From: a virus
Taxonomy: Duplodnaviria > Caudoviricetes
Length of the DNA stretch: 64,000 bases
Virus record (IMG/VR): IMGVR_UViG_640753059_000001
Reading direction: 5' to 3' (one strand)
Positions 18,120 through 26,381 of the stretch are shown here, in pieces. Within the stretch, counting starts at the first letter, position 1. Every line of letters begins with the position of its first letter. The position numbers were made by a program, and so were the translations under genes. Under the pieces are notes generated by a model. It was not told where the DNA came from. It was given only the letters and a program-made list of their open reading frames with translations, and made no database searches.

Positions 18120-19541
18120 TCAGCTCCTCACTTCAGGTTTCATGAAATCCTTCGTCGAGAGACCGGCAATCCACGCCTGACCTTCGAGCGCTGACGTGAT
18201 GGTGGGTGGAACCCCGATGGCGAACTCTCGCCCTGTCCCGCAGCGGACCCTCACGAAGCGGGCTTCTCCAACATCAGGAAGCTTCACTTCTACGAGCGTT
18301 CCGATTTCCGGGTCCCCGTCTTCGTCGATTGTTTTTGCGTCAAGATCCTGGAGCATCTTCGCCCAGCCGATGATTTCGACGCCGGCCTGGCGCTGCTCCA
18401 TATTTTCATGCCGGAGGATATCTGCCGGGCCCACAGAGCCCTTGTCTTCGATCCATTGGGCCGGGATCCTTGTCCCGTGCCATGCATGGCATCCCCAGCC
18501 ATCTGAATACCTTACCGCTGGCCCCGTTTCACAATGCAGGCGCCGCTCTCCGTCGAAGTGCACTTCGCGAGGGCGGTCACTCACGAAGCAGATCCCGTCC
18601 CAAGGAGCCCACCACCCGACGCTTTTCGAAAGTCGAGCCCATTCGAGCAGCAGGGCGATATTCTCGGGCTCATACCGAACCCCGATTTCATGCCCGAACA
18701 GATAGAACGCCTCCCATGCACACCAATGTTGGGATCCCCAACGATTGGTGAGAAAATAGGATCGTAGGCCGTCGAGCTGGCTGTCGAGCTGGCTGCGGAG
18801 CTGGCTGTAGAGCTGGCTGTCGAGCTGGCTGCCGAGCTGGCTGTAGAGCTGGCTGCCGAGCTGGCTGCGGAGCTGGCTGCGGAGCTGGCCGCCGAGCTGG
18901 CTGTAGAGCTGGCTGTCGAGCTGGCTGCCGAGCTGGCTGTAGAGCTGGCTGCCGAGCTGGCTGCCGAGCTGGCTGCCGAGCTGGCTGTAGAGCTGGCTGC
19001 CGAGCTGGCTGCCGAGCTGGCTGCCGAGCTGGCTGCGGAGCTGGCCGTCGAGCTGGCTGTAGAGCTGGCTGCCGAGCTGGCTGTAGAGCTGGCTGCCGAG
19101 CTGGCTGCCGAGCTGGCTGCCGAGCTGGCTGCGGAGCTGGCCGTCGAGCTGGCTGTAGAGCTGGCTGCCGAGCTGGCTGTAGAGCTGGCTGCCGAGCTGG
19201 CTGCGGAGCTGGCTGCGGAGCTGGCCGCCGAGCTGGCTGTAGAGCTGGCTGCCGAGCTGGCTGCGGAGCTGGCTGCCGAGCTGGCTGCCGAGCTGGCTGC
19301 CGAGCTGGCTGTCCTTGAGCATCAGAAAGACGAAGTTCACGGCCAGCTCGCACATCGCCGGAGATGAAAAGTGCAGGATCATAGGGGCCGGCTTGCCCAG
19401 CCGCTTGTAGAAACCCCTGATAACCTCATCCCCAGTCTCGAAATCAGCCGGGTCACAACAGAGGCCGACTTGCCGCCACTCTTCCCGGAACTCCTCCAGC
19501 CTGCGTTCCCGCGCGGCGGTGAGCTTGTTGATCTTCGCCAT
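18120..19541 (-). CDS. DUF6745-like protein with an internal (xSQL)45 repeat
   Basis: C-terminus GWWAPW..ICFVSDRP..RLHCETGPAVRYSDGW..AWHG; central tetrapeptide array. Confidence 0.8.
   Translation of the reverse strand: MAKINKLTAARERRLEEFREEWRQVGLCCDPADFETGDEVIRGFYKRLGKPAPMILHFSSPAMCELAVNFVFLMLKDSQLGSQLGSQLGSQLRSQLGSQLYSQLGGQLRSQLRSQLGSQLYSQLGSQLYSQLDGQLRSQLGSQLGSQLGSQLYSQLGSQLYSQLDGQLRSQLGSQLGSQLGSQLYSQLGSQLGSQLGSQLYSQLGSQLDSQLYSQLGGQLRSQLRSQLGSQLYSQLGSQLDSQLYSQLRSQLDSQLDGLRSYFLTNRWGSQHWCAWEAFYLFGHEIGVRYEPENIALLLEWARLSKSVGWWAPWDGICFVSDRPREVHFDGERRLHCETGPAVRYSDGWGCHAWHGTRIPAQWIEDKGSVGPADILRHENMEQRQAGVEIIGWAKMLQDLDAKTIDEDGDPEIGTLVEVKLPDVGEARFVRVRCGTGREFAIGVPPTITSALEGQAWIAGLSTKDFMKPEVRS
18774..19313. 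repeat. 45 tandem 12-bp units (GAGCTGGCTGNN on + strand)
   Basis: 540 bp; unit count taken from the translation. Confidence 0.95.
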
Positions 19542-19594
19542 GGTATCCCCTCGGATTGGATGTAGAGGAGCGGCCCGGAGGCCGCCCCGTTGGC

Positions 19595-19885
19595 TCAGCC
19601 CGGCCGCTTCACGTCATCGACGAGGTGGGCTTGTTTGCCGGTGATGCGGCGGGGGCGGGCGGGTTCAAGTGCGTCCAGTTCCGCCAGCAGATCTTCGACG
19701 GTCGGCTCGGAGACGACGACGCCGCGCGCGGCCAAGAATGCCAGTTCGTTTTCCCGCTCACGTTCGATCATCGAAACTTCGTGGGCGAAATACGCCTTCT
19801 GGTCAGGGCGAGAAGACCGGTCGCGCCTTCCCCTGGCGTGCGCCAAGCGCTCGGTGATCGCGTTGAGATGATCGGTGGTGGTCAT
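19595..19885 (-). CDS. First gene of the leftward early operon, hypothetical
   Basis: GAGGGG RBS just downstream of the predicted PL. Confidence 0.6.
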   Translation of the reverse strand: MTTTDHLNAITERLAHARGRRDRSSRPDQKAYFAHEVSMIERERENELAFLAARGVVVSEPTVEDLLAELDALEPARPRRITGKQAHLVDDVKRPG

Positions 19886-19914
19886 GTCGGTGTCCCCTCG
19901 TTTTCGATGGGGAG

Positions 19915-19959
19915 ACAGTAGGACTATTCCTATCGGGCGGTCAATAGGAAAATGCCTAT
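19915..19959 (-). promoter_or_regulatory. PL promoter with two operators
   Basis: Minus-strand TTGACC-18-TACTGT; palindromes GTAGGACTATTCCTAT (19918-19933) and ATAGGAAAATGCCTAT (19944-19959). Confidence 0.8.
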
Positions 19960-19993
19960 ACCAGAAAATTTTTCGTTCCTATTGGCCGGGCGC

Positions 19994-20018
19994 GAAAAAG
20001 CCCGGCATTTCGCCGGGC
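19994..20018 (-). terminator. Intrinsic terminator after the repressor gene
   Basis: AGCCCGGC-GAAAT-GCCGGGCT-TTTT on the minus strand. Confidence 0.8.
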
Positions 20019-20027
20019 TGTGAGTGC

Positions 20028-20711
20028 TTAATCGGCTCCGCGCAAACGGTGCCACTCATCGGCGGGAAGATGGAATCGATAGCGCGCCGCCCACTCGATA
20101 TCCACGTCCTCAATGTCTCTGGCATTGGCGCTAACCAGGGTATAGAGGCCCGGCTCGGTCCCGCGCTTGAGACGCTTAATATAGGTAGGGCCGTCAACGA
20201 CCTTCACGACGCAAATTTTGCCGATCAGTTGCTCCGGCCCGGATGCGTCTCGGATATAGCCGATCAGGTCGCCATCCTCGAACATCGGCAGCATCGAATC
20301 GCCGCGCACGATGACGCCAACGGTCCCGTGCTTTACGGGGAAGTCCACCTGCACCAGGTCAAGGCCGGCGCCCTTCTCGTGGTCATCGACGGTGTGGACC
20401 TCTGCGCCGGCGCCGATATAGCCGACGACGCGGACTTCCTGATCTGGCTTGCGTTTCTTCGATCGATCTACGAGCGACGCGACATCCATGCTGTCAATGT
20501 GCTCGACCGGGCGCGACCGGAGATGCTCATCGTTTACCTTCAAGATAATGGCGAGCTTTTTGCGGTCGCGCTCGCCTAGTTCGCCAGGCACCCCCCGCGA
20601 AATGAACTGTTGCAGATAGGCGTGGTTGCGCCCCAGCGCGAGGGACACGGCTTTCAGGTCCGTCCCAAGGTCTGCGATGCGGTCGAGGATCAGTTGGCGG
20701 GCTGCGTCCAT
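20028..20711 (-). CDS. CI-like repressor (HTH + S24 peptidase)
   Basis: N-terminal HTH, GAG cleavage region, VRGDSM catalytic Ser, YIKRL Lys. Confidence 0.92.
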   Translation of the reverse strand: MDAARQLILDRIADLGTDLKAVSLALGRNHAYLQQFISRGVPGELGERDRKKLAIILKVNDEHLRSRPVEHIDSMDVASLVDRSKKRKPDQEVRVVGYIGAGAEVHTVDDHEKGAGLDLVQVDFPVKHGTVGVIVRGDSMLPMFEDGDLIGYIRDASGPEQLIGKICVVKVVDGPTYIKRLKRGTEPGLYTLVSANARDIEDVDIEWAARYRFHLPADEWHRLRGAD

Positions 20712-20720
20712 GACACCTTT

Positions 20721-20790
20721 ATAGGAAATCCCCTACGCTAGGGGCGAATAGGAAATTGCCTCTTGCGCGGTAGGCAAATTCCTATAGATT
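20721..20790. promoter_or_regulatory. OR region with three operators (PR/PRM)
   Basis: ATAGGAAATCCCCTAC (20721-36), ATAGGAAATTGCCTCT (20748-63), GTAGGCAAATTCCTAT (20770-85); consensus RTAGG-N6-CCTAY. Confidence 0.85.
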
Positions 20791-20796
20791 GGCGGC

Positions 20797-21006
20797 ATGA
20801 TCGAGCCGAACGCATTCAAGGCCGAAATTGAGGCCTTCATCAAAAAGCACGGGATCGCCGCAACGCGCTTCGGCAAGGAAGCCGTGGGTGATCCGAAATT
20901 TGTGTTCGACATCCGCGAGGGCCGCTCGCCCAGCTGGCGCACAGCGGAACGCGTGAAGGCGTTCATGTCGGACTTCCAGCCCGGACCGACTGAGGCATCG
21001 CAATGA
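20797..21006 (+). CDS. Cro-like HTH protein
   Basis: Divergent from cI; IEAFIKKHGIAATRFG..AVGDP.FV..R.GR.P. Confidence 0.85.
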   Translation: MIEPNAFKAEIEAFIKKHGIAATRFGKEAVGDPKFVFDIREGRSPSWRTAERVKAFMSDFQPGPTEASQ

Positions 21007-21503
21007 CAGGCTACGTATATGCGATCCGCAGCGAATGCGGACTGGTGAAGATCGGCTGGTCTTCCGACCCCATCCGCCGTCTTAGCAAGATCCAGTCCGA
21101 TACGCCTAACAGGTGCGTTCTCGTAGGGGCTTATGTCGGCGGCCGGGATCTTGAGGCAGAAATCCATGACCAGTTGCGCCCTTGGCGCGTGCGAGGGGAG
21201 TGGTTCCGTAATGACGGCGGGGTGTCCCGCATGCTTTCCTCAATGCCGCGATACATTCCGCCTGTTAAGTCAGAGGCCGCGCGTAATTCAATGGAGTACA
21301 TCCGGAAGAACGTGCTTCAAATTTCCCAAGCGCAGATGGCTTCCATTGCACAAACATCGCAGGCCAACGTGTCGCGATGGGAGTGCGGAAAAGTTTTCCC
21401 GTATTTGAACCAACTGGAGCATATCCGGGAAGAGGCGCAGGCGCGTGGCATAGAATGGAACGATAGTCTCTTTTTCGGGGACAGATCGGAGGCGGCCCAA
21501 TGA
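21003..21503 (+). CDS. T5orf172/GIY-YIG-like domain fused to an XRE HTH
   Basis: YVYAI..VKIG.S..P.RRL..RVRGEWF; SQAQMA..SQANVSRWE. Confidence 0.8.
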   Translation: MTGYVYAIRSECGLVKIGWSSDPIRRLSKIQSDTPNRCVLVGAYVGGRDLEAEIHDQLRPWRVRGEWFRNDGGVSRMLSSMPRYIPPVKSEAARNSMEYIRKNVLQISQAQMASIAQTSQANVSRWECGKVFPYLNQLEHIREEAQARGIEWNDSLFFGDRSEAAQ

Positions 21504-21646
21504 ACCGGTCGCCCCGCATCTATTTCATTCGCCCCATCGCGCTTCCCGGCCCGGTAAAGATCGGGTTTTCCGAATGCCCGCAGGCGAGGCTCGAAGTGTT
21601 GATGACGTGGTCTCCTTCCTTGGACGTGGAAGGTGCGGATTTCTGA
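21500..21646 (+). pseudogene. Truncated second T5orf172-like gene (48 aa)
   Basis: IYFIR...PVKIGFS..PQARL..L.TWSP followed by an early stop. Confidence 0.6.
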
Positions 21647-21710
21647 ATTCTACTCGGCGTCTGCCGACTACCGCGAACGTTTGTCAAGATGGTTGATCGG
21701 GAGATGAGAG

Positions 21711-22813
21711 ATGGGCAGCGTCAGGGCGAACCCGTGCTTTCAGGCTCTGAAAGAGGTCTGTGATGAATACGGCCTCGCCTTTGAAGTCGAAGACGGCGGG
21801 AAGCATCCGAAGCTCGTCGTGCACGCTGGCGAACACCCGCTGCGCATGACGTTCCCGAGCACCCCATCCGATGTGCGGTCGCCAATCAACAGCGCGGCCC
21901 AGCTCCGCCGGAAGATCGAAGCCGCTACCGCCCTAAACCGTGAGGCACACATGCACCATGAAGTCGTGACCGTCCTCGGTAAGGACGTGGTGAAGGTGGA
22001 ATACAAGGGTTTGCGCGTCGTGACGCTGAAGCAGATCGACGCCATCCACGGGAAGCCAGAGGACGCGGCATACAAGCAGTTTGCCCGCCACGAACAGCGC
22101 TATGTCGATGGCACCGACTTCATCACGGTGAACGCCTCCGAATTCCGGAACCGTTTCCCCGAACTGATCGGGGCGCGAGGTGGCACCGCGATCAAACTCT
22201 TCACCGAGCGCGGCTACGGCAAGATCGTCAAGGGCTGGAACGACGACCTCGCGTGGTCGCTGCACGACGCGATGCAGGATGCCTACTTCGTCGTCCGTGA
22301 GATTGCCAAGGCTGTCTCGGATGGCGAGGTGACCCTTCCGGAATCCGTCTGGCGCCGCATTGGCGGTGTCGTGAAGTCCGTGACGCACAAGAGCACTGAG
22401 GATTTGCGGGCCGGGTCGAATTGGTTTTGGACGAAGTGTCCCGTCTGAGCCGCGAGCTGGACAAGGTGAAAGCCGCCCCGATTGTCCCTGCATTTGACCT
22501 CTCCGGCACGGTCACCTCGCGCGACATCATGGATATGGCCGGCATCCCCCGCGACGGGCGCGTCAGGGGCACCACTGGCGGCATCATCACCCGCGCCATG
22601 AAGGACTATTGCCTGGGGCATGGCTTCTGCGCTCAGCGTGCTCCGGAAGCGATTGATCCTGACCGACGCTGGCGCTTTCCCCGTCAGGCGGCCTTGGACT
22701 GGCTCACCGGCCCGACGATGGGCGGCGAGATCATCCGCAATCACATCACCCGAGCAAATGCGCGGCGCGCGGCTAAGGGCCAGCGCCAGTTCACGCTCGT
22801 TCCCACTATCTGA
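21711..22813 (+). pseudogene. HicA-like + ORF6N antirepressor fusion, frameshifted near 22412
   Basis: GGKHPKL..TPSDVR; VEYKGLRVVTLKQID..YVDGTDF; the coiled coil continues in the 22421-22813 frame. Confidence 0.65.
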
Positions 22814-22836
22814 CCGTCAACCACAGGAGAACCACC

Positions 22837-23133
22837 ATGTTTGCCGACACCTATACCGAGGCTTCTACGCATTCCTCCGACGTGTCCGATGCTCCGGCCG
22901 GCTTCGCCAAGGAACAGCTCAAGTCCTTCATTGAGAGGGTGGAGCGGCTTGAGGACGAGAAGAAGGCCATTGCCGAGGATATTAAGGAAGTGTTCGCGGA
23001 AGCCAAGGCCAATGGCTTTGATGTCGCCGCGCTGAAGGAAATCCTGAAGATCCGCAAGGCCGATGCCGACGAGCGGAAGGAGCATGAGGCCATCGTGGAG
23101 CTTTACGCTCAGGCCCTCGGCATCTTCCTCTGA
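22837..23133 (+). CDS. DUF2312 / GapR-like nucleoid-associated protein
   Basis: EQLKSFIERVERLEDEKKAIAEDIKEVFAEAKANGFD signature. Confidence 0.92.
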   Translation: MFADTYTEASTHSSDVSDAPAGFAKEQLKSFIERVERLEDEKKAIAEDIKEVFAEAKANGFDVAALKEILKIRKADADERKEHEAIVELYAQALGIFL

Positions 23134-23144
23134 GATCCTCCGGC

Positions 23145-23552
23145 ATGAGCGCGCCCATCACCATCATCCTCGCAGGTGAGCCTCGCGGAAAGGGCCGGCC
23201 ACGCTTTGGCAACGGCCGATCCTACACTGACGAGAAAACTGAGAATTACGAGGCAGCGCTTCGTATTGCCGCAATGGGTGCGATGGGCGCGCGCCGACCA
23301 ATTGAAGGGCCGGTAGCCGTGGACATAGAAGCCCGCGTCCCGGTGCCTGCGTCGTGGTCGCAGAAGAAGCGCCTTTCTGCTCTCGCCGGAGATGTTCTGC
23401 CGACGACAAAGCCGGACATCGACAACATCGTGAAGACATGGGACGCGCTTAACCACGTAGTGTTCAACGATGACCGCCAGATCGTGCAGGCATCAGTACG
23501 CAAAGTGTACCACGAAAAGCCCGCTCTCATCATCACCGTTTCCGAGGTTTGA
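23145..23552 (+). CDS. rusA: RusA family Holliday junction resolvase
   Basis: GEPRGKGRPR, KPDIDN..K..DALN..DDRQI. Confidence 0.92.
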   Translation: MSAPITIILAGEPRGKGRPRFGNGRSYTDEKTENYEAALRIAAMGAMGARRPIEGPVAVDIEARVPVPASWSQKKRLSALAGDVLPTTKPDIDNIVKTWDALNHVVFNDDRQIVQASVRKVYHEKPALIITVSEV

Positions 23553-24076
23553 TAATGAGCACCATTTACAGCGCCGAAGAAGACCGGCTTATCGCCAAGC
23601 TCTTTCATGCTGGTCTACGTGACAATGAGATCGCCAGCGAGATGCTGAAGTCCGGCTATTCCCGGACTGTGACGGCTATTCAGTGCCGGCGCTCCGACCT
23701 GAATATGCTGCGCAAGCGCGGTAGTGGCGGGCCAGGCTCGGCGTGGATCGATGCCGAGAAGGACATTGCGAAGGCCGGGCTGGATAGTGGGAAGGCTGCT
23801 TCCGAAATCGCCAAAGACCTTCGTGAAGCTGGATACATGAGGGGCAGCCATTCTGTCCGCCGCCTGCTTGAAGTTCTGCGTCTGGATGAGCCTCAAGGCG
23901 CAAGGAAGGCTGCGGAAAAGCGGATGGCGATGAAGGCAGATGAAGCGTTCCGCGCGGCCATGAAAGCCGCTCATCCCAATATCAAGGACGGCTTTGCCGC
24001 TACAGAGCCCAGCCGCTCTGTCCCGCTTCGCTCTCTTCCGGCCACTATCTTCTCTTCTACGGGGGTGATGTCGTGA
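23549..24076 (+). CDS. Protein with two GcrA/Myb-like HTH repeats
   Basis: YSAEED..L..G..EIA..R and WIDAEK..G..SEIA..R repeats. Confidence 0.55.
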   Translation: MIMSTIYSAEEDRLIAKLFHAGLRDNEIASEMLKSGYSRTVTAIQCRRSDLNMLRKRGSGGPGSAWIDAEKDIAKAGLDSGKAASEIAKDLREAGYMRGSHSVRRLLEVLRLDEPQGARKAAEKRMAMKADEAFRAAMKAAHPNIKDGFAATEPSRSVPLRSLPATIFSSTGVMS

Positions 24077-24660
24077 ACATGCACATTAACCGGGAAGAAC
24101 CTCAGAGGCAGCATCGGGAACACAAGCTGAGGCAAGAGCGTCTTGGCGGTATGGCGCGCCGGAAGGAATGGCTTCGTTTGCTCGATGAGCCCGCTGACGT
24201 TCCTGCCCCGACTCCCGCTCCCGTCCCCGTTGCAGCTATCGCGCCCGCACCTGAGCCTGAGCCGGTATCCTACCATGATCACGGCTTCGACCTTCACGTC
24301 TCCGCATGGCGCGAAGCTATGTGGGAAAAGCCGCAGGTCGATATGAGGCCGACGGTAGGCAAGATCATTGCCACGGTATGCGAGTTCTACGGCATCCCGA
24401 AGGTCGAGTTGCTTGCTCACCGCCGCCTCAAGTCATTCGCGAAAGCGCGTCAGGTTGCGATGTACCTGTCGCGGGAGCTTACGACGAAGTCTCTTCCTGT
24501 GATCGGGGCAGCAATTGGCGGCCGAGACCATACCACGATACTACACGGGGTCGGAAAGATTTCGGCGGAGATTGAGACTAACGCGCGCCTCGCCTCCGAA
24601 GTCGAAACCATCCGCCTTAAGCTGATCGGAGGCGACGATGCCGACGCCACAGGAGCTTGA
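24073..24660 (+). CDS. DnaA C-terminal (domain IV) HTH protein
   Basis: ARQVAMYLSRELTTKSLPVIG..GGRDHTTILHG. Confidence 0.9.
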   Translation: MNMHINREEPQRQHREHKLRQERLGGMARRKEWLRLLDEPADVPAPTPAPVPVAAIAPAPEPEPVSYHDHGFDLHVSAWREAMWEKPQVDMRPTVGKIIATVCEFYGIPKVELLAHRRLKSFAKARQVAMYLSRELTTKSLPVIGAAIGGRDHTTILHGVGKISAEIETNARLASEVETIRLKLIGGDDADATGA

Positions 24661-24823
24661 GAGCGCAGCCAAAGCTATCGAGGACGCATGGCGCCTTCTG
24701 GAGCGCGGCGAGAAGCTGAAGAAGTCAGCGAAGGACTACCTCGGGCCTCGTGTCGTTGATGGCATCCGCTATCTGGAGACTGGCGCGAGGAACATGCGGA
24801 CAAAGCAAGGGCGCTCAGAATGA
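24638..24823 (+). CDS. Hypothetical small protein
   Basis: GGAGG RBS; coupled to neighbours. Confidence 0.5.
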   Translation: MPTPQELESAAKAIEDAWRLLERGEKLKKSAKDYLGPRVVDGIRYLETGARNMRTKQGRSE

Positions 24824-26169
24824 ATGCGCATATCCTCACCGGCGGCGAGGTCACCACCGGCCGGCGGAAGCCGTCGGACCTGGTGGCCGAGTACGAGATG
24901 AAGGTGGCCAGCGTGCCGGCGGCTCTGGCCGAGTTCAACGCCGCACGGGACGCCGTGAAGATGGCGGCGACGGTCGGCGGCGAGTGGGGGCACCGCACGC
25001 TGGACACCGGGCGGCTGGACGAGCGGGACATGGTGGCGAGTTTGCTCGGCTCGGCGTGGCGCCACTGCTACCGGCTGTATGCGCTGGAGAACTTCGCATC
25101 GGCGGCCGACAAGAAGCGCATCGAGCAGATGTTCGCGGCCCCGCCGCCATTCACCGTTGAGAACATCCGCGAGCACTTCGGCGCCTACATCAAGGACCCC
25201 TGGGGATCGATCCTGCGGGGGCTGGCCGAGCAATTCGCGGACCTGGACCCTGCGTTCAAGTCCCACGAGAAGATGAAGATCGGGGTCAAGGGCCTGCCGA
25301 AGCGGGTCATCCTGCACGGCTTCAACGGCTATTCCTCGTGCTACGGGATGGAGCGGACACGCGACATCGTCAACGCGCTGGCGGCCTATCAGGGCAAACC
25401 GCTCCTCACCTGGCCGGAACTGGCGTTGCTGGAGAAGAACGGCGATGCGCTGAACGCCGGGGGGACATTCCCAAGCCCCTTCAACGGCCGCCATGACGAT
25501 AAGACCATCGACGTGATCGGCCGCGGCGTCTGGCTGAAGCGCTTCAAGAACGGACGCGGGCACCTGTTCTTCGGCCCCGAGGCTCTACGCGACGTGAACC
25601 GCGCGCTGGCGGAGTTCTACGGGGAGGTCCTTCCGGATGCGGCGGAGGAGCGCCCCGCCACCCCACGCGCCAGCACCGCGGTGGCGAAGGACCTGCAGTA
25701 TTATCCGACGCCGGCGACGGTGGTGGAGCGGGTGCTGGGCGACCTATACGTCAAGCCCGGCGACCGGGTTCTTGAGCCATCCTGCGGCTGCGGACGGTTC
25801 ATGGACGCGCTGCGTGCACGCGGCGCCCGCGCGCTCGGGATTGAGGTGGACCCAGGCCGGGCGGCGCAATGCCGGGCGCGTGGCCACAGCGTGCTCACGG
25901 CCAATTTTCTTGAGACCGAACCGACCGGCGACTTCGACCACGTGGTGATGAACCCGCCCTTCTACGGGCGGCACTATGCGAAGCACGTCGAGCACGCTCT
26001 CCGCTTCCTGAAGCCGGGCGGCTGGCTCACCGCCATCCTTCCTGCGACGGCCCGCTATGACCACGGGCTGCTCGAGGGCCGGTGGGACGACCTCCCGGTG
26101 GGCTCGTTCTCCGAGAGCGGCACCAACATCAACACGACCGTGCTGACCATTTGGCGGGGGCGGGAATGA
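24820..26169 (+). CDS. DUF4942 + amino (N6-adenine type) DNA methyltransferase
   Basis: FKNGRGHLFF; YYPTP, VLEPSCGCG, MNPPF motifs. Confidence 0.85.
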   Translation: MNAHILTGGEVTTGRRKPSDLVAEYEMKVASVPAALAEFNAARDAVKMAATVGGEWGHRTLDTGRLDERDMVASLLGSAWRHCYRLYALENFASAADKKRIEQMFAAPPPFTVENIREHFGAYIKDPWGSILRGLAEQFADLDPAFKSHEKMKIGVKGLPKRVILHGFNGYSSCYGMERTRDIVNALAAYQGKPLLTWPELALLEKNGDALNAGGTFPSPFNGRHDDKTIDVIGRGVWLKRFKNGRGHLFFGPEALRDVNRALAEFYGEVLPDAAEERPATPRASTAVAKDLQYYPTPATVVERVLGDLYVKPGDRVLEPSCGCGRFMDALRARGARALGIEVDPGRAAQCRARGHSVLTANFLETEPTGDFDHVVMNPPFYGRHYAKHVEHALRFLKPGGWLTAILPATARYDHGLLEGRWDDLPVGSFSESGTNINTTVLTIWRGRE

Positions 26170-26381
26170 ACCGATCGAAACGCCCCGGTCCCCGCCACCT
26201 CTGCCCGGTCTGCGGCAGCGCCGCCGTGCACCCTCGCGGCCGTGACTTCGCCTGCGGCAGATGCGGCCACGCGGCCCGCAAGTTCCCACTCTCCACTGAT
26301 CCTGTCCCGGCCATTGAGGAATGGGACAGCCGCCCTCGCTGCGCCGGTCAGGTGCTGCCGGTCCGGAGCAACGACGAATGA
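26166..26381 (+). CDS. Small Zn-ribbon (Lar-like) protein
   Basis: CPVCG...CGRCG; ATGA coupling at both ends. Confidence 0.55.
   Translation: MNRSKRPGPRHLCPVCGSAAVHPRGRDFACGRCGHAARKFPLSTDPVPAIEEWDSRPRCAGQVLPVRSNDE

Noticed and set aside
18774-19313. Possible CRISPR array or DGR variable repeat
   Set aside because: Units are contiguous 12-mers without spacers and in frame within a gene; no cas or reverse transcriptase gene and no TR/VR pair was seen.
18688-19353. 221-aa (QPAR)n ORF
   Set aside because: Alternative frame of the same stop-free repeat.
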